64,000 nt of DNA from a candidate division WOR-3 bacterium (GTDB taxonomy: Bacteria > Hydrothermota > Hydrothermia > Hydrothermales > JAJRUZ01): contig JBDRZL010000005.1 in assembly GCA_039803925.1 (NCBI GenBank), forward strand, positions 9,969 through 73,968, read 5' to 3'. The notes beneath the pieces were generated by a model. It saw only the letters and a program-made list of their open reading frames with translations, had not been told where the DNA came from and did not search any database. Positions within the stretch are counted from its first letter, which is position 1, and each line of letters starts with the position of its first letter. Shown here piece after piece: positions 26,285 through 36,245 of this stretch. The translations under genes were made by a program, and so were the position numbers.

Positions 26285-29260
26285 ATGTATTTATTCTTTC
26301 TTATATCTTTTATCTCTTTAAATGGAGATTTTAACAGGGTTTATATTCCTTCAAAAGAACTTTTAAAACCTTGTGCTAAGTATGCCCCCTCTTATGCAAC
26401 TGAAATTTTAAATTCTGAGTTTGGAGAAAGTGCTTTCGTGTTATTTGGTAATTTTGGGTTTCCAAGACTTATTTCAAATTTTGAGCTCTCTGTTCCAGGG
26501 AAAAATGGACTGGAAAAAGCATATAACTTCTTAAGTTTAAAAGGGGAAGTATTAGGAATAGATTATAAGTATCTTTCCTTAATAAAGAGCATAGAAGATG
26601 AGTTAGGGTATACTCATGTAATTTTTGAGGAAGTTATAAATGGGATAAGGATTGAAAATTCTTTTGTAGGAGTTCATATAAATAAGAGAGGTAATGTTTA
26701 TTATGTCTCTTCTGATTACTTTCCTTATGATGGGACTCCTCTTAAAACTAATTCCAGAATAACAGAAAGAGAAGCTTTAAGTATTATTTATTCTGACCTT
26801 AGCTTAAAGGTTTTTCCAGAAGAGTATAAGAGCGAGCTTGTTTATTATCCTTATGAAAATTCCCTTATTCTTGTTTATAAAATAAGGTTTGTTTCAGAAT
26901 ATCCACTCGGTGATTTTGTTTATTACATTGATGCAATAAATGGTTCAATTGTTGAAAGGAGAAATGAATTAAAATCTGTTTATGGCTATGTATATGGATG
27001 GTGTTTCCCAAATACTGGTGCTGATGGACTTCAGAAGTATCCGATGGCAAACCAGTATGTTTATATTGGTTCTTCAACAGCCACAACAAATTCAAGTGGA
27101 TACTATTCAAGTTCAACTTCTGGAAACATAACAGCTTATCTTGAAGGTCCCTATGTTAAAGTTTTTAACGATGATAATCCACCTGGAAGAGCAGTTTTTA
27201 CTTCTTCTGGAGGTTCGGTAACATATACTGTTCAAAACGTATCTTACACATGGGATAATACTACCACTTCAACTGGTTTAACAGGTGATGATCAGACAAA
27301 GCAGTTTACTCTTCCCTTTTCTTTCCCCTTCTATGGAAAGAATTATTCATCAGTTTATATTTGCACAAATGGATTTTTAAGTTTTACTTCTAATTCAAAC
27401 AAGTATACACCTGACCCTATTCCCAATACCAATGCTCCAAATGCTCTTATAGCTGTTTTCTGGAGAGACCTTAATCCTGCTGCAGGTGGTGGTTCAATAA
27501 CCTATTATTCTGGTTCAGATAAGTTTGTTGTTACCTGGGATAACATTAAAAATTACAGTAATTCAAACAGACAGAGTTTTCAGGTGGTTTTGTATCCTAA
27601 TGGTAATATAGAATTTAGATATAAGTCAATAACCAATGACTATACAACTACAAGGGGTGTAGAAAATGAAAACGGAACAGCTGGTGTTACAGTTTCAACA
27701 CCTTCAAATAATACTGCATATAGATTAGTTCCGCAACAGGGTGGGGGAGGAAGTGAAGTTTCATGGGAGTGGAAGTATCCTTCTGACGAATCAACAGAGG
27801 GTAAACATACAACTGAGGTTATGGTGTTTTATCATGTGAACAAAATACATGATTTTTATAAAGGAACCTTCGGTTTTACAGGAATGGATTATCAGATTCA
27901 GGCAACTGTTTATTCTCACTCAGTGGACCAACATTATCAGGGAGCTAATGCTTATTATTATAATGGAACAATGCATTTTGGAAGGGGAAATTCAAGTTAT
28001 CAAATTCAGAATATGGCAAGGTCTGCTGATGTTATATACCATGAATACACGCATGGAGTTGTAGATAAGATTTATGCAAATGCAGGTGGTTTACCATATA
28101 GTGGACAGTCAGGTGCTATGAATGAAGCATGGGCTGATTATTGGGCATGCACTCAATCAGGTGACCCTGTTATGGGAGAATGGGTTATGCCATCCCAGTA
28201 CCAGAGAAATTTGCAGAATAATTATAAGTATCCTGATGACTGGGTGGGGGAGGTTCATGATGATTCAAGAATTTATTCAGGTGCATTATGGGATTTCAGG
28301 ACATATACTGATAAAACAACTGCTGATAGAGTAACGTGGAGAGCTTATACCTACTATCCAAAAGATTTTCTTGCTGGTAGAAATGCAATGATTCAGGCTG
28401 ATAAGGATCTCTATGGAGGTTCTCATGAAAGTCAAATAATTCAAGCTTTTGCAAGACACGGGATAGGTGGTTCAAGTGCAAGGTATGATATGAGGCAGGC
28501 TTCTTATTCATGGGTTACAACTTCAACACCTACAGGAATAACAGGTGATGATCAAACAATCAAATTCACCCTTCCTTTCTCATTCACTTTCTTTGGTTCC
28601 TCTTATTCTTCAGTATATGTTTGCAGTAACGGATGGCTTTCCTTCACCTCAAATTCTACATCCTATACACCTCAGAATATGCCCAATTCCACAGCTCCAA
28701 ATGCAGTTATTGCTCCTTACTGGAGAGACCTCTATCCACCTGATACAACTCAGGGAGCAAAGATAACCTATGCTTCCAATTCATCATATTTTGCTGTAAC
28801 CTGGTATAAAATTAAGAATTATTCTAATGCTAACAAACAAACCTTTCAGGCTATACTTTACAAAAATGGAACAATAAGGTTTAATTATCAGACTGTTACT
28901 GATGAATATACAACAGCTGTTGGTATTGAGGATGCAAATGGAGTTAATGCTTATCTTTATGCATATGGAACAGGAAGTGTCCTTCCAAGGAGTAACTCAG
29001 CAATAGAATTTGTTCCTCAATCTCAGGTTAGTGTGTTTGCATCAGCTGGAGAGAAGGGAGATATTAAATTTATTGGTAACAGGGAAGTTTATGAACTTAT
29101 TGAAAGCCCCTATTCAAAATTTGATGTATATGATGTTTCAGGTAGAAAGTTAAGTGTTTCAGAATTCAAAAAGATTAAAAATAATGGTTCAGGAGTTTAC
29201 TTCCTTATTCCCTATAATTACAAAGAGAAAAACATAAATAAAGTTGTGATTGTGAAATGA
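26285..29260 (+). CDS. Secreted thermolysin-like (M4/M36-type gluzincin) metalloprotease with duplicated ~150-aa accessory domains and a T9SS C-terminal sorting domain
   Basis: Signal peptide. HEYTHGV (HExxH) plus downstream GAMNEAWADYWA Glu-zincin motif. An N-terminal propeptide-like region. Two internal repeats, TG(L/I)TGDDQT..FTLPFSF.F.G..YSSVY.C.NG.LSFTSNS..YTP...PN..APNA.IA..WRDL, at about aa 320-470 and 740-890. C-terminal tail YDVSGRKLS...KVVIVK. Confidence 0.7.
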   Translation: MYLFFLISFISLNGDFNRVYIPSKELLKPCAKYAPSYATEILNSEFGESAFVLFGNFGFPRLISNFELSVPGKNGLEKAYNFLSLKGEVLGIDYKYLSLIKSIEDELGYTHVIFEEVINGIRIENSFVGVHINKRGNVYYVSSDYFPYDGTPLKTNSRITEREALSIIYSDLSLKVFPEEYKSELVYYPYENSLILVYKIRFVSEYPLGDFVYYIDAINGSIVERRNELKSVYGYVYGWCFPNTGADGLQKYPMANQYVYIGSSTATTNSSGYYSSSTSGNITAYLEGPYVKVFNDDNPPGRAVFTSSGGSVTYTVQNVSYTWDNTTTSTGLTGDDQTKQFTLPFSFPFYGKNYSSVYICTNGFLSFTSNSNKYTPDPIPNTNAPNALIAVFWRDLNPAAGGGSITYYSGSDKFVVTWDNIKNYSNSNRQSFQVVLYPNGNIEFRYKSITNDYTTTRGVENENGTAGVTVSTPSNNTAYRLVPQQGGGGSEVSWEWKYPSDESTEGKHTTEVMVFYHVNKIHDFYKGTFGFTGMDYQIQATVYSHSVDQHYQGANAYYYNGTMHFGRGNSSYQIQNMARSADVIYHEYTHGVVDKIYANAGGLPYSGQSGAMNEAWADYWACTQSGDPVMGEWVMPSQYQRNLQNNYKYPDDWVGEVHDDSRIYSGALWDFRTYTDKTTADRVTWRAYTYYPKDFLAGRNAMIQADKDLYGGSHESQIIQAFARHGIGGSSARYDMRQASYSWVTTSTPTGITGDDQTIKFTLPFSFTFFGSSYSSVYVCSNGWLSFTSNSTSYTPQNMPNSTAPNAVIAPYWRDLYPPDTTQGAKITYASNSSYFAVTWYKIKNYSNANKQTFQAILYKNGTIRFNYQTVTDEYTTAVGIEDANGVNAYLYAYGTGSVLPRSNSAIEFVPQSQVSVFASAGEKGDIKFIGNREVYELIESPYSKFDVYDVSGRKLSVSEFKKIKNNGSGVYFLIPYNYKEKNINKVVIVK

Positions 29261-29328
29261 AAAAAATATATTATATTACTAATAAAAAGGGTTCAAATCC
29301 CTTTTAAATTTAAAAAGGAGGTTTAAAT

Positions 29329-29997
29329 ATGAGGAAAATTTTTGCAGGAGCAATGATGCTCCTCCTTGTGCTTTCAGGATGTAAAAAGACAGAAGAAATT
29401 ACAGTTACCAAGGAACCTGGGATAAGGTTTGCAAGTGCAAGTGAAATAGAGGAGAGAGGTGGTTATGCAATTAATCAGGCTGATTTTGAAAAAGTTATTA
29501 ATGCAATGAGGAATGATGAAAGATTTTTGGAAGATATGAAAGCTCTTTCAGGTGGTGGGCTTGAATTTCCAATTCCATGTGATAGATTAATAAGATATAT
29601 TGAAGAACTTGTGGGAGTTGATCTTTCTAATGCAAGATGCAAGGCAAGGGGAAAATTCATGTATAAACCATCCTTTGACCTCTGGATTGCAGGACAGCTT
29701 GCTTATGCAATAGATTTATATGGTTATCTTGGAGCAGCCGGTTACGCAGGTTTTTCCGGTTCAATTGCTGGTGCACAGGAACTTGGGCTTTTGACAATAG
29801 TATATATAAACAATCAGCTGGATACAGTAATGATGAACTATAATTATAATGACAACTCCCATGTGGCTTTTAATGCTGGATTTGTGGTCTGGACAAGTGA
29901 AACTGGAGGAGTTTCTGTTGATATAACAACTGATCATCAGTTTTCTAACGGTCAATACGACTGGAACCCAGTTTTCCACGCTGTCTATCAGTTTTAA
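29329..29997 (+). CDS. Lipoprotein, unknown function
   Basis: RBS AAGGAGG. Signal peptide with lipobox LSGCKK. Preceded by the GGTTCAAATCC motif. Confidence 0.55.
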   Translation: MRKIFAGAMMLLLVLSGCKKTEEITVTKEPGIRFASASEIEERGGYAINQADFEKVINAMRNDERFLEDMKALSGGGLEFPIPCDRLIRYIEELVGVDLSNARCKARGKFMYKPSFDLWIAGQLAYAIDLYGYLGAAGYAGFSGSIAGAQELGLLTIVYINNQLDTVMMNYNYNDNSHVAFNAGFVVWTSETGGVSVDITTDHQFSNGQYDWNPVFHAVYQF

Positions 29998-30023
29998 GAG
30001 TAAGGCTTAAATTTTTTTATTTA

Positions 30024-30057
30024 TAAGGGGGGGTTAAATTCCCCCTTTTTATTTTTT
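30024..30057 (+). terminator. Rho-independent terminator
   Basis: GGGGGGG-TTAAATT-CCCCC stem-loop followed by a T-run (TTTTTATTTTTT), immediately after the 29997 stop. Confidence 0.7.
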
Positions 30058-31020
30058 ATGTATTTCTTTTTAATTACTATTGTTCTTTTAAAAGAAAAGG
30101 GTATTGTTAAAAATTGGTTTATCCATCAAAAGAAAGATAGTTTTATTATTTACTATACTATTGATAAAAATTTTGATAAATATGCTGAAGAGCTTAAAGT
30201 TTTACGATTTGATATTAAAAACATCAAGGTTAATTCAAAAAGAATATACCGAGATAAAAATGGAATAGGTGATATAAAAATAAAAAATGATACTTTGTTT
30301 TTTTCTCTTTATGATTATTTAAAGGATAAAAAAACAAAAAAATTAAAAAAAATTTTTGTTTATAAAAATGGGAAAATAAAAAAAATTTTTGAAGAAAAAA
30401 GAAAAAATTATTTTTTTTATAAATTTGATTTTTATGAAGACAAAGAAAATAAAGGTATATTAATAGATCAAAGAGGAAAAATAATTTTTTTAAGTAAAGA
30501 TAAAGAAAAAGAAATATCCACAGGGATTTTTCCGGTTTTTTTTAATTCTTATATTTTCTTTATACACGGGAAAGAAGAGGGAAAAGTTAATTCTCTATTC
30601 AAAATAAAAGAAGGTGAAGATAAAAAAGTTGTTTTTGATAGAGAAACAGTTCTTGAAATGGATAAAGAAAATAATTTTCTATTTTTTCTAACAGATAGTG
30701 ATAATGACCTATTGCCTGAAAAGATTTATATTATTGACTCTTTATTAAATTTAAATCTTCTTTTTGAATCAGAAAATCACATAATTATTAAACCATCCTT
30801 CTTTTTAAAAAAAGATACACTTTTTGCCTTATTAAGCTTATCTGAAGAGTTTATACCTGAAAAAATTCTTTTATTGAAAATTCATAAAAATAAAGAAATC
30901 AGTCAAAAAGAAATAATTAAAAGAAAAGGAATTGAAGGGAAATGGTTAAATTATCCCTATATTATCCTTCTTGAAAAGAAAGAGAATTATTCCCTTTTTG
31001 AACTTATTTCACTAAAATAA
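30058..31020 (+). CDS. Lys-rich hypothetical protein
   Basis: 320-aa ORF, low complexity (K/I/F-rich), no RBS at the predicted start. The start is uncertain. Confidence 0.3.
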   Translation: MYFFLITIVLLKEKGIVKNWFIHQKKDSFIIYYTIDKNFDKYAEELKVLRFDIKNIKVNSKRIYRDKNGIGDIKIKNDTLFFSLYDYLKDKKTKKLKKIFVYKNGKIKKIFEEKRKNYFFYKFDFYEDKENKGILIDQRGKIIFLSKDKEKEISTGIFPVFFNSYIFFIHGKEEGKVNSLFKIKEGEDKKVVFDRETVLEMDKENNFLFFLTDSDNDLLPEKIYIIDSLLNLNLLFESENHIIIKPSFFLKKDTLFALLSLSEEFIPEKILLLKIHKNKEISQKEIIKRKGIEGKWLNYPYIILLEKKENYSLFELISLK

Positions 31021-32803
31021 CCTTATGGGTCTTATTTTTATCCTTAATAAAAATAACTTTATTAATCTTCTGCGGTTCTGATTTTCTGCCACTAATATCA
31101 AAAAATTCTGGATTTTTGAGAAATCTTCTTATATCCTTAATGTCTTTTATAAAGGTTGGAACAGCAAGGCTTATGTTAGTTACAGTTTTTTCATTAATAT
31201 TTTGAACCCATTTTAATCCAGTTGATATCTTATAGAGTTTGTACCCCCCAATATTTACATAGGCATTTATGTATTCACCAATCTGTCTCCTTTCAACACA
31301 TATTCCTCTTACTTCGTCATCAAAGGTTCTATCTCCAAGAATATTTCCAGATTTTGTAAAGAGATTTATTTTATTTGAGCCTAATCCAGCCGAAATAAAA
31401 ATCGTATCATTTACTGCCTCAAGTGCACCTGCTATAAAATAAAGAGGTTGTGTTAAGGTAATTGAATCAATCTTTGGACTTATTTCATTTGATAAATCAA
31501 GTTTATAAATTCTATATTTTGAAGGGAAAATAGCCCTGTGAACAAAACATAAATTTGAACCCTGAGCATTTGAAAGAGCAAAAATTCTTAATCCGACCCC
31601 TTTTCCTACGAGATTAAAACTATCAATTAAGTTAAAATTAGGTGTGTAATGAACTATATAACACCAATTTATATTGGTTCCACTTATTCCTAACTGACTT
31701 GTATAAAAAGTTCCTGTTTCAATATCATAATATATTCCAAAGGGATTGTCAAAAGTTGAACCTTGAGAAAGATCTATTAATTTATACTTTGAAATTATAT
31801 TTCCATTTTCATTAATTGCAAAAACAGTATCTCTTGGAGAATTAACAATGTAAATACTATTTTCATTAGTTTTAAAGGTAATATCTTGAAAAGCGGAGTC
31901 ATTTCTCGGCAAAGGAATTTCCTTTATAATTGCTCCAAAAAAGGGCTTTGTTGTTGAATAAGCTTTAACAGTATCATTTGATGGGTCAGGATCCCCTGAA
32001 AGTTGTGTCCAAGCTAAAATACGATAAGTTTTTTGAGAAGAACCTGTAAAGTTATTTAATTGAACTGTATCCTTTTTTAAAGGTCCTATACTCACAAAAG
32101 AACTATCCCTATAAACCCTTGCGTTAGTTGAACTATCTCTTATTTCAGATTTAACATAAAAAATTTGCGGGGTATTTGAAAAATTTTCATATTCTATTAT
32201 AACAGGTGTTGGTGTATTTGGCTCAAAATATTCAAGTGGTGATAAGATTTTTTTAACTCCTACATCTCCTGAAAGTTTTGCTTCCACCTTTATAAAATCA
32301 ATCATAAAAAACCCTGTATCCTGAGCTGGTTTTGAATAAACAAAACCTATCTTAATACTGTCATAACTAACATAGGCCTGAAGATTTATAGAATCAATTT
32401 GATTTTCAAAAACAGGGTTTCCATTACCACCGTATGTTTTTAATACAGTCCAGGATCCCCATGTTCCACCTGAAAAAGGTCTTATTATTATTTCACCCTT
32501 TGAGATTATTATTGTATCCTTCATAAAAGAAACATTATAGTAAAGTTTGAGACCCTGTAAGTTGGTAGGTAAATCAATTGAAGGTGTTATTAGACTATCC
32601 TGATATATAACATGGTTTGTATCACATACTACATAATATAAGCCTTCCTGTGGTGGTTCAACAGGAAAATACTCCCCGTATTGTGCTATCCTCCAGGAAT
32701 AAGTTAAATTACCCCCATTACCTATATGCCATTTAGGAGGTATTACTCCACCTTCAAATCCCTCACTCAATAAAGTTAAGGTTGTAAGTATAATACTTAA
32801 CAT
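31004..32803 (-). CDS. Secreted hypothetical protein with T9SS C-terminal sorting domain
   Basis: Signal peptide MLSIILTTLTLLS. C-terminal FFDISGRKSEP...KVILVK tail. GGTTCAAATCC motif about 30 nt upstream (reverse strand). Confidence 0.6.
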   Translation of the reverse strand: MLSIILTTLTLLSEGFEGGVIPPKWHIGNGGNLTYSWRIAQYGEYFPVEPPQEGLYYVVCDTNHVIYQDSLITPSIDLPTNLQGLKLYYNVSFMKDTIIISKGEIIIRPFSGGTWGSWTVLKTYGGNGNPVFENQIDSINLQAYVSYDSIKIGFVYSKPAQDTGFFMIDFIKVEAKLSGDVGVKKILSPLEYFEPNTPTPVIIEYENFSNTPQIFYVKSEIRDSSTNARVYRDSSFVSIGPLKKDTVQLNNFTGSSQKTYRILAWTQLSGDPDPSNDTVKAYSTTKPFFGAIIKEIPLPRNDSAFQDITFKTNENSIYIVNSPRDTVFAINENGNIISKYKLIDLSQGSTFDNPFGIYYDIETGTFYTSQLGISGTNINWCYIVHYTPNFNLIDSFNLVGKGVGLRIFALSNAQGSNLCFVHRAIFPSKYRIYKLDLSNEISPKIDSITLTQPLYFIAGALEAVNDTIFISAGLGSNKINLFTKSGNILGDRTFDDEVRGICVERRQIGEYINAYVNIGGYKLYKISTGLKWVQNINEKTVTNISLAVPTFIKDIKDIRRFLKNPEFFDISGRKSEPQKINKVIFIKDKNKTHKVILVK

Positions 32804-32837
32804 TTTTTCCCCCTTTATAATGAAAAGGATTTGAACC

Positions 32838-34799
32838 TCATTTAATCTTTATGAATTTATAAAGAGTTTTTCCTTTTTTTATTATATAAATTCCAGAATT
32901 TTTTATATCTATCTTCCTTCCAAGAAGGTTATAAGAATTTTTTTCTTTTTTTAAGAATTCAGGTAAATATAAAAGCCCAATTCTCTTTTCTTTTTCATTT
33001 TCTCTTGAAATAAAACTTACTTCTGATATGTATGTTATATGCGGGTTAACAATACTTATCCCAAGTGGACCAAGAGAAGTGTAAAGGAATCCGTTTAAAT
33101 AAAAAAGCCCCCTTGGCTCTCCAAAGAGGATTTTATATTCTGTTTCTGTAGGGTTATATGGGTCAGTTATTGAAATTTTTCTTAAACCGTAAACTTGCCC
33201 ATCTGCAACTATCAGGGTATCCTGTCTTATAAATTCAACATCAAATCCAAAACCAGGTGTTGAAAAATTGCTGTAAAATTGGGGTGCTGTTATATTTGTA
33301 ATATCCCATAAAGAAAGTCCACCGGTCCATCCTTCTGCAACAGCAAGTTTGCTTCCATTTATCTTTAAAGATTGTGCAAAACCATAGGAAGGAAGATTTG
33401 TTATCAAGATAATATTGTTTGTATCTGAAATATCAAAAATTTTGGTTCCTGAATTTCCATCTGCTAATAAAAGGTAATTAGGAGGATAAAATAAAACATC
33501 TTCTCCACTCCCTGATGTAGGATAATTGATAATTTCCCGTGGCTTTGTAGGGTTAGACACATTTAAAATAGAAAAACCATATCCTGGACCGTTCGCTGTG
33601 TAGAGATAAGGGAAATTTAGTGAAAGAGATTTCGCATATCCATTTACTGCTACATAACCCATCTCAACCGGTGAATATATATTTTTAATTTTAAAAACCT
33701 TAACACCCTCAAAACCATCTGCAACATAAAGTAAAGTATCTCCATATACTTCAATATCAAAAGATGTTCCTGATGTTTCAATTGAATTCATATAAAAGGG
33801 TTTTTGCTTATTCCTTACATTTAAAAAGAAAACACCACCTAATCCCGATGCCAAAACAAGGATTGAATCGGAAATTACTTTGGTTCTGTATGTAATCTGA
33901 GGAGTTGAAAAAGTATCAAGGGTAAAAAGGGTTGGATAAGAAAGGGTAATAAGACCGAGATCAAGGTCAGCTGCATAAATATAAGATCCTGATTTTGTTA
34001 GAGAAACACAGTTAGAAAAGAAGTAGCTATGGGCCAATTCATTTCCATTTGTAAAATTGTAAGTGGCAACTCCAGAGAAAGAAAGGGCAACTATTAAAGT
34101 ATTTCCAAAAAGCTCAAAATTTTGTCCAAATCCAGTTGTTTGAAATCCGTATAAATATTGAGGTGTTGAAGGGTTTTGAATTCTAAAGATTTTAAAAGAA
34201 TCACCTGTTAAAACAAAGAGAGAATCGTTTCTTTTATAAATATCCTGGAAAAATAGAGATGTTTTTAATTTGCTATAAACTGAAGGTGTCACAGGATTTT
34301 GTAAGTTTAATATATAAATAGTATCACCTGAAACAGCAAAACCTAAATTGGAAAATATTTCTATTCTGTTTATATAGGAGGGTAATGAATAAGTAAATAG
34401 AGTTTCAGGTGAATTTGGTGTATTCAGATTAAAAATTTTTATTTTTCCAGAAGATACACCATAACCATAAGGGAAAAGGTTTTCGTAAGACCTTATTTCA
34501 TTACTTGAATAGTTTCCTATAAGTTGGGGATTATTTAGATTTTGAATATTAAAAATTCTGATTCCAAACTCACCTGAAAGAAATACTGTATCACCTATGA
34601 AGTCAATATCAAAAATTGTGCCCTCAAGACTTATTTCTTTTTTAAATTGAGGTATACCTGTCCCAAATCTGTATGTTAAAACAGTTCCACCTGAAGCAAG
34701 ATATAAAAGTGTGTCTTTTTTTAAAATAAACCTTGAATTGCCAGCTGTCCAGTAAGAAATTGGAGTTATATTAAATAGAAAAAAAATTAAAATTTGCAT
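32838..34799 (-). CDS. Secreted LVIVD-repeat beta-propeller protein with T9SS-like C-terminal domain
   Basis: Signal peptide. At least 12 LVIVD-type blades (GIRIFNIQNLNNPQLIG, GKIKIFNLNTPNSPE, GDTIYILNLQNPVTPS, GVKVFKIKNIYSPVEMG, GFSILNVSNPTKPREI, GLSLWDITNITAPQF). C-terminal LLGRKIDIKNSGIYIIKKGKTLYKFIKIK. Confidence 0.6.
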   Translation of the reverse strand: MQILIFFLFNITPISYWTAGNSRFILKKDTLLYLASGGTVLTYRFGTGIPQFKKEISLEGTIFDIDFIGDTVFLSGEFGIRIFNIQNLNNPQLIGNYSSNEIRSYENLFPYGYGVSSGKIKIFNLNTPNSPETLFTYSLPSYINRIEIFSNLGFAVSGDTIYILNLQNPVTPSVYSKLKTSLFFQDIYKRNDSLFVLTGDSFKIFRIQNPSTPQYLYGFQTTGFGQNFELFGNTLIVALSFSGVATYNFTNGNELAHSYFFSNCVSLTKSGSYIYAADLDLGLITLSYPTLFTLDTFSTPQITYRTKVISDSILVLASGLGGVFFLNVRNKQKPFYMNSIETSGTSFDIEVYGDTLLYVADGFEGVKVFKIKNIYSPVEMGYVAVNGYAKSLSLNFPYLYTANGPGYGFSILNVSNPTKPREIINYPTSGSGEDVLFYPPNYLLLADGNSGTKIFDISDTNNIILITNLPSYGFAQSLKINGSKLAVAEGWTGGLSLWDITNITAPQFYSNFSTPGFGFDVEFIRQDTLIVADGQVYGLRKISITDPYNPTETEYKILFGEPRGLFYLNGFLYTSLGPLGISIVNPHITYISEVSFISRENEKEKRIGLLYLPEFLKKEKNSYNLLGRKIDIKNSGIYIIKKGKTLYKFIKIK

Positions 34800-34847
34800 A
34801 TTTTTACCTCCTTATTAACTATCCTTTATTTTACGAAATATTAATTT

Positions 34848-36245
34848 TTATTTCAATTCAAAAATAGTAAAGTTTTCGTCTTTATAAATTACTTTAAGGT
34901 AAGGTATTGAAAGGAGTTTTTTGGTCAAAATCATTTTATTTTCAGTTAATATAAAATTAGGCTTATATTTTTTTATATAAGTTTCAGGATTAATTTCAAG
35001 GTTCCAGAATTTGAAAAATTCTTCAAGGAATTGTGTTTTTACACTAAGTCTTCCATCAACAGCAATTTTAAATTCAGGATAAAGAAAATATTCAACAAAT
35101 CCTCCCCTGTCAGAAGGACATAATATATTTCCACCTTCCCTTTTATTTTTTAGAAATAGAGCTGCTTTTACAGGAAAGAAATTTTCATCAATAAAGATTT
35201 TCTTTTCCTGTAAAAAAATTTTTATCACTAAAAAAATGTTTATAATTAACAGAAAAATTTTCAAAAATATTTTATTTTCAAAAAAATCAAATTTTAATTT
35301 AAATTTTGATATTTTGTTAAAGTAAGAAGGAATTATAAAGGTTGAAATTGTTGCGAAAAGAGGAATGTTTCTTACATGTTTCAAAGAAAAGTAAAAGAAT
35401 AGAATTATTAAAAGAGCATGATAAAATTCTTTTTTTGATGGTGAAATTAAAAATATTGTAAGTAAAAATAAAATAAAAATAAAAGAAATTATATAATAAA
35501 AATTTTTTTCAATCAGAACTGGAATAAAAATTGTCTCCCATTCTGTTATATACTTTGACCATATAACTATTTTCTCTGTAAATGCTTTGTAAATATATTC
35601 AAAATATTTAAGATGATAGGGATTGAAAATTATTATTAAAGTTATGCTTAAAATTGTGTAAATAAATAAAATTATTGTTTTTTTAAAATTTTTCTTAATC
35701 AAAAGATTTAAGATATATATAACACAAATTCCTATTGGTGCTATTATACCTGCGTGAAATAAAGAAAAAAAAGTTAAAACAGGAATAGTCAAAAAATAAA
35801 TTTCTTTTTCAAGGATTATTAAAATCAAAATAGTTGATAGGTATGTAAAAATATGGGGTCTTAACATTGTTCCCCAGAAAAATAAGGTATAAATGGGTAT
35901 ATATATAATTAAAAAATTTAAAATAACTTGAGTTTTTCTTTTAATTAAATAAATAATTAAAAAAAATAAAAGACTTAATAAAAAATTTTTTAAAAAATAC
36001 ACACCTTTATCACCGAACTTTTTATAAATTAAATAAAGTAAAGATTCAAAATATAGGGAATGAGCAATCCACTCTTCTTGGGGTAAAAAGATATAATCAT
36101 TTTGGGGTAATTTATGATTTTCAACAAAATATTTTCCATCCATTAAATACCAGAAAAAGTCAGGACATGCTTCAACTTTACTTGCTTTATAAACTGATAA
36201 TAAAAAAATAAATGATAAAAATAAAAAGCTACCCTTTAATCGCAT
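34848..36245 (-). CDS. Polytopic membrane protein (possible GT-C type glycosyltransferase)
   Basis: 465 aa with many TM helices and a C-terminal soluble domain. No specific catalytic motif recognised. Confidence 0.35.
   Translation of the reverse strand: MRLKGSFLFLSFIFLLSVYKASKVEACPDFFWYLMDGKYFVENHKLPQNDYIFLPQEEWIAHSLYFESLLYLIYKKFGDKGVYFLKNFLLSLLFFLIIYLIKRKTQVILNFLIIYIPIYTLFFWGTMLRPHIFTYLSTILILIILEKEIYFLTIPVLTFFSLFHAGIIAPIGICVIYILNLLIKKNFKKTIILFIYTILSITLIIIFNPYHLKYFEYIYKAFTEKIVIWSKYITEWETIFIPVLIEKNFYYIISFIFILFLLTIFLISPSKKEFYHALLIILFFYFSLKHVRNIPLFATISTFIIPSYFNKISKFKLKFDFFENKIFLKIFLLIINIFLVIKIFLQEKKIFIDENFFPVKAALFLKNKREGGNILCPSDRGGFVEYFLYPEFKIAVDGRLSVKTQFLEEFFKFWNLEINPETYIKKYKPNFILTENKMILTKKLLSIPYLKVIYKDENFTIFELK

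Noticed and set aside
28122-28766. Several 70-73 aa ORFs (28122-28334, 28296-28511, 28545-28766, 27849-28064)
   Set aside because: All lie within the 991-aa metalloprotease gene in alternative frames or antisense.
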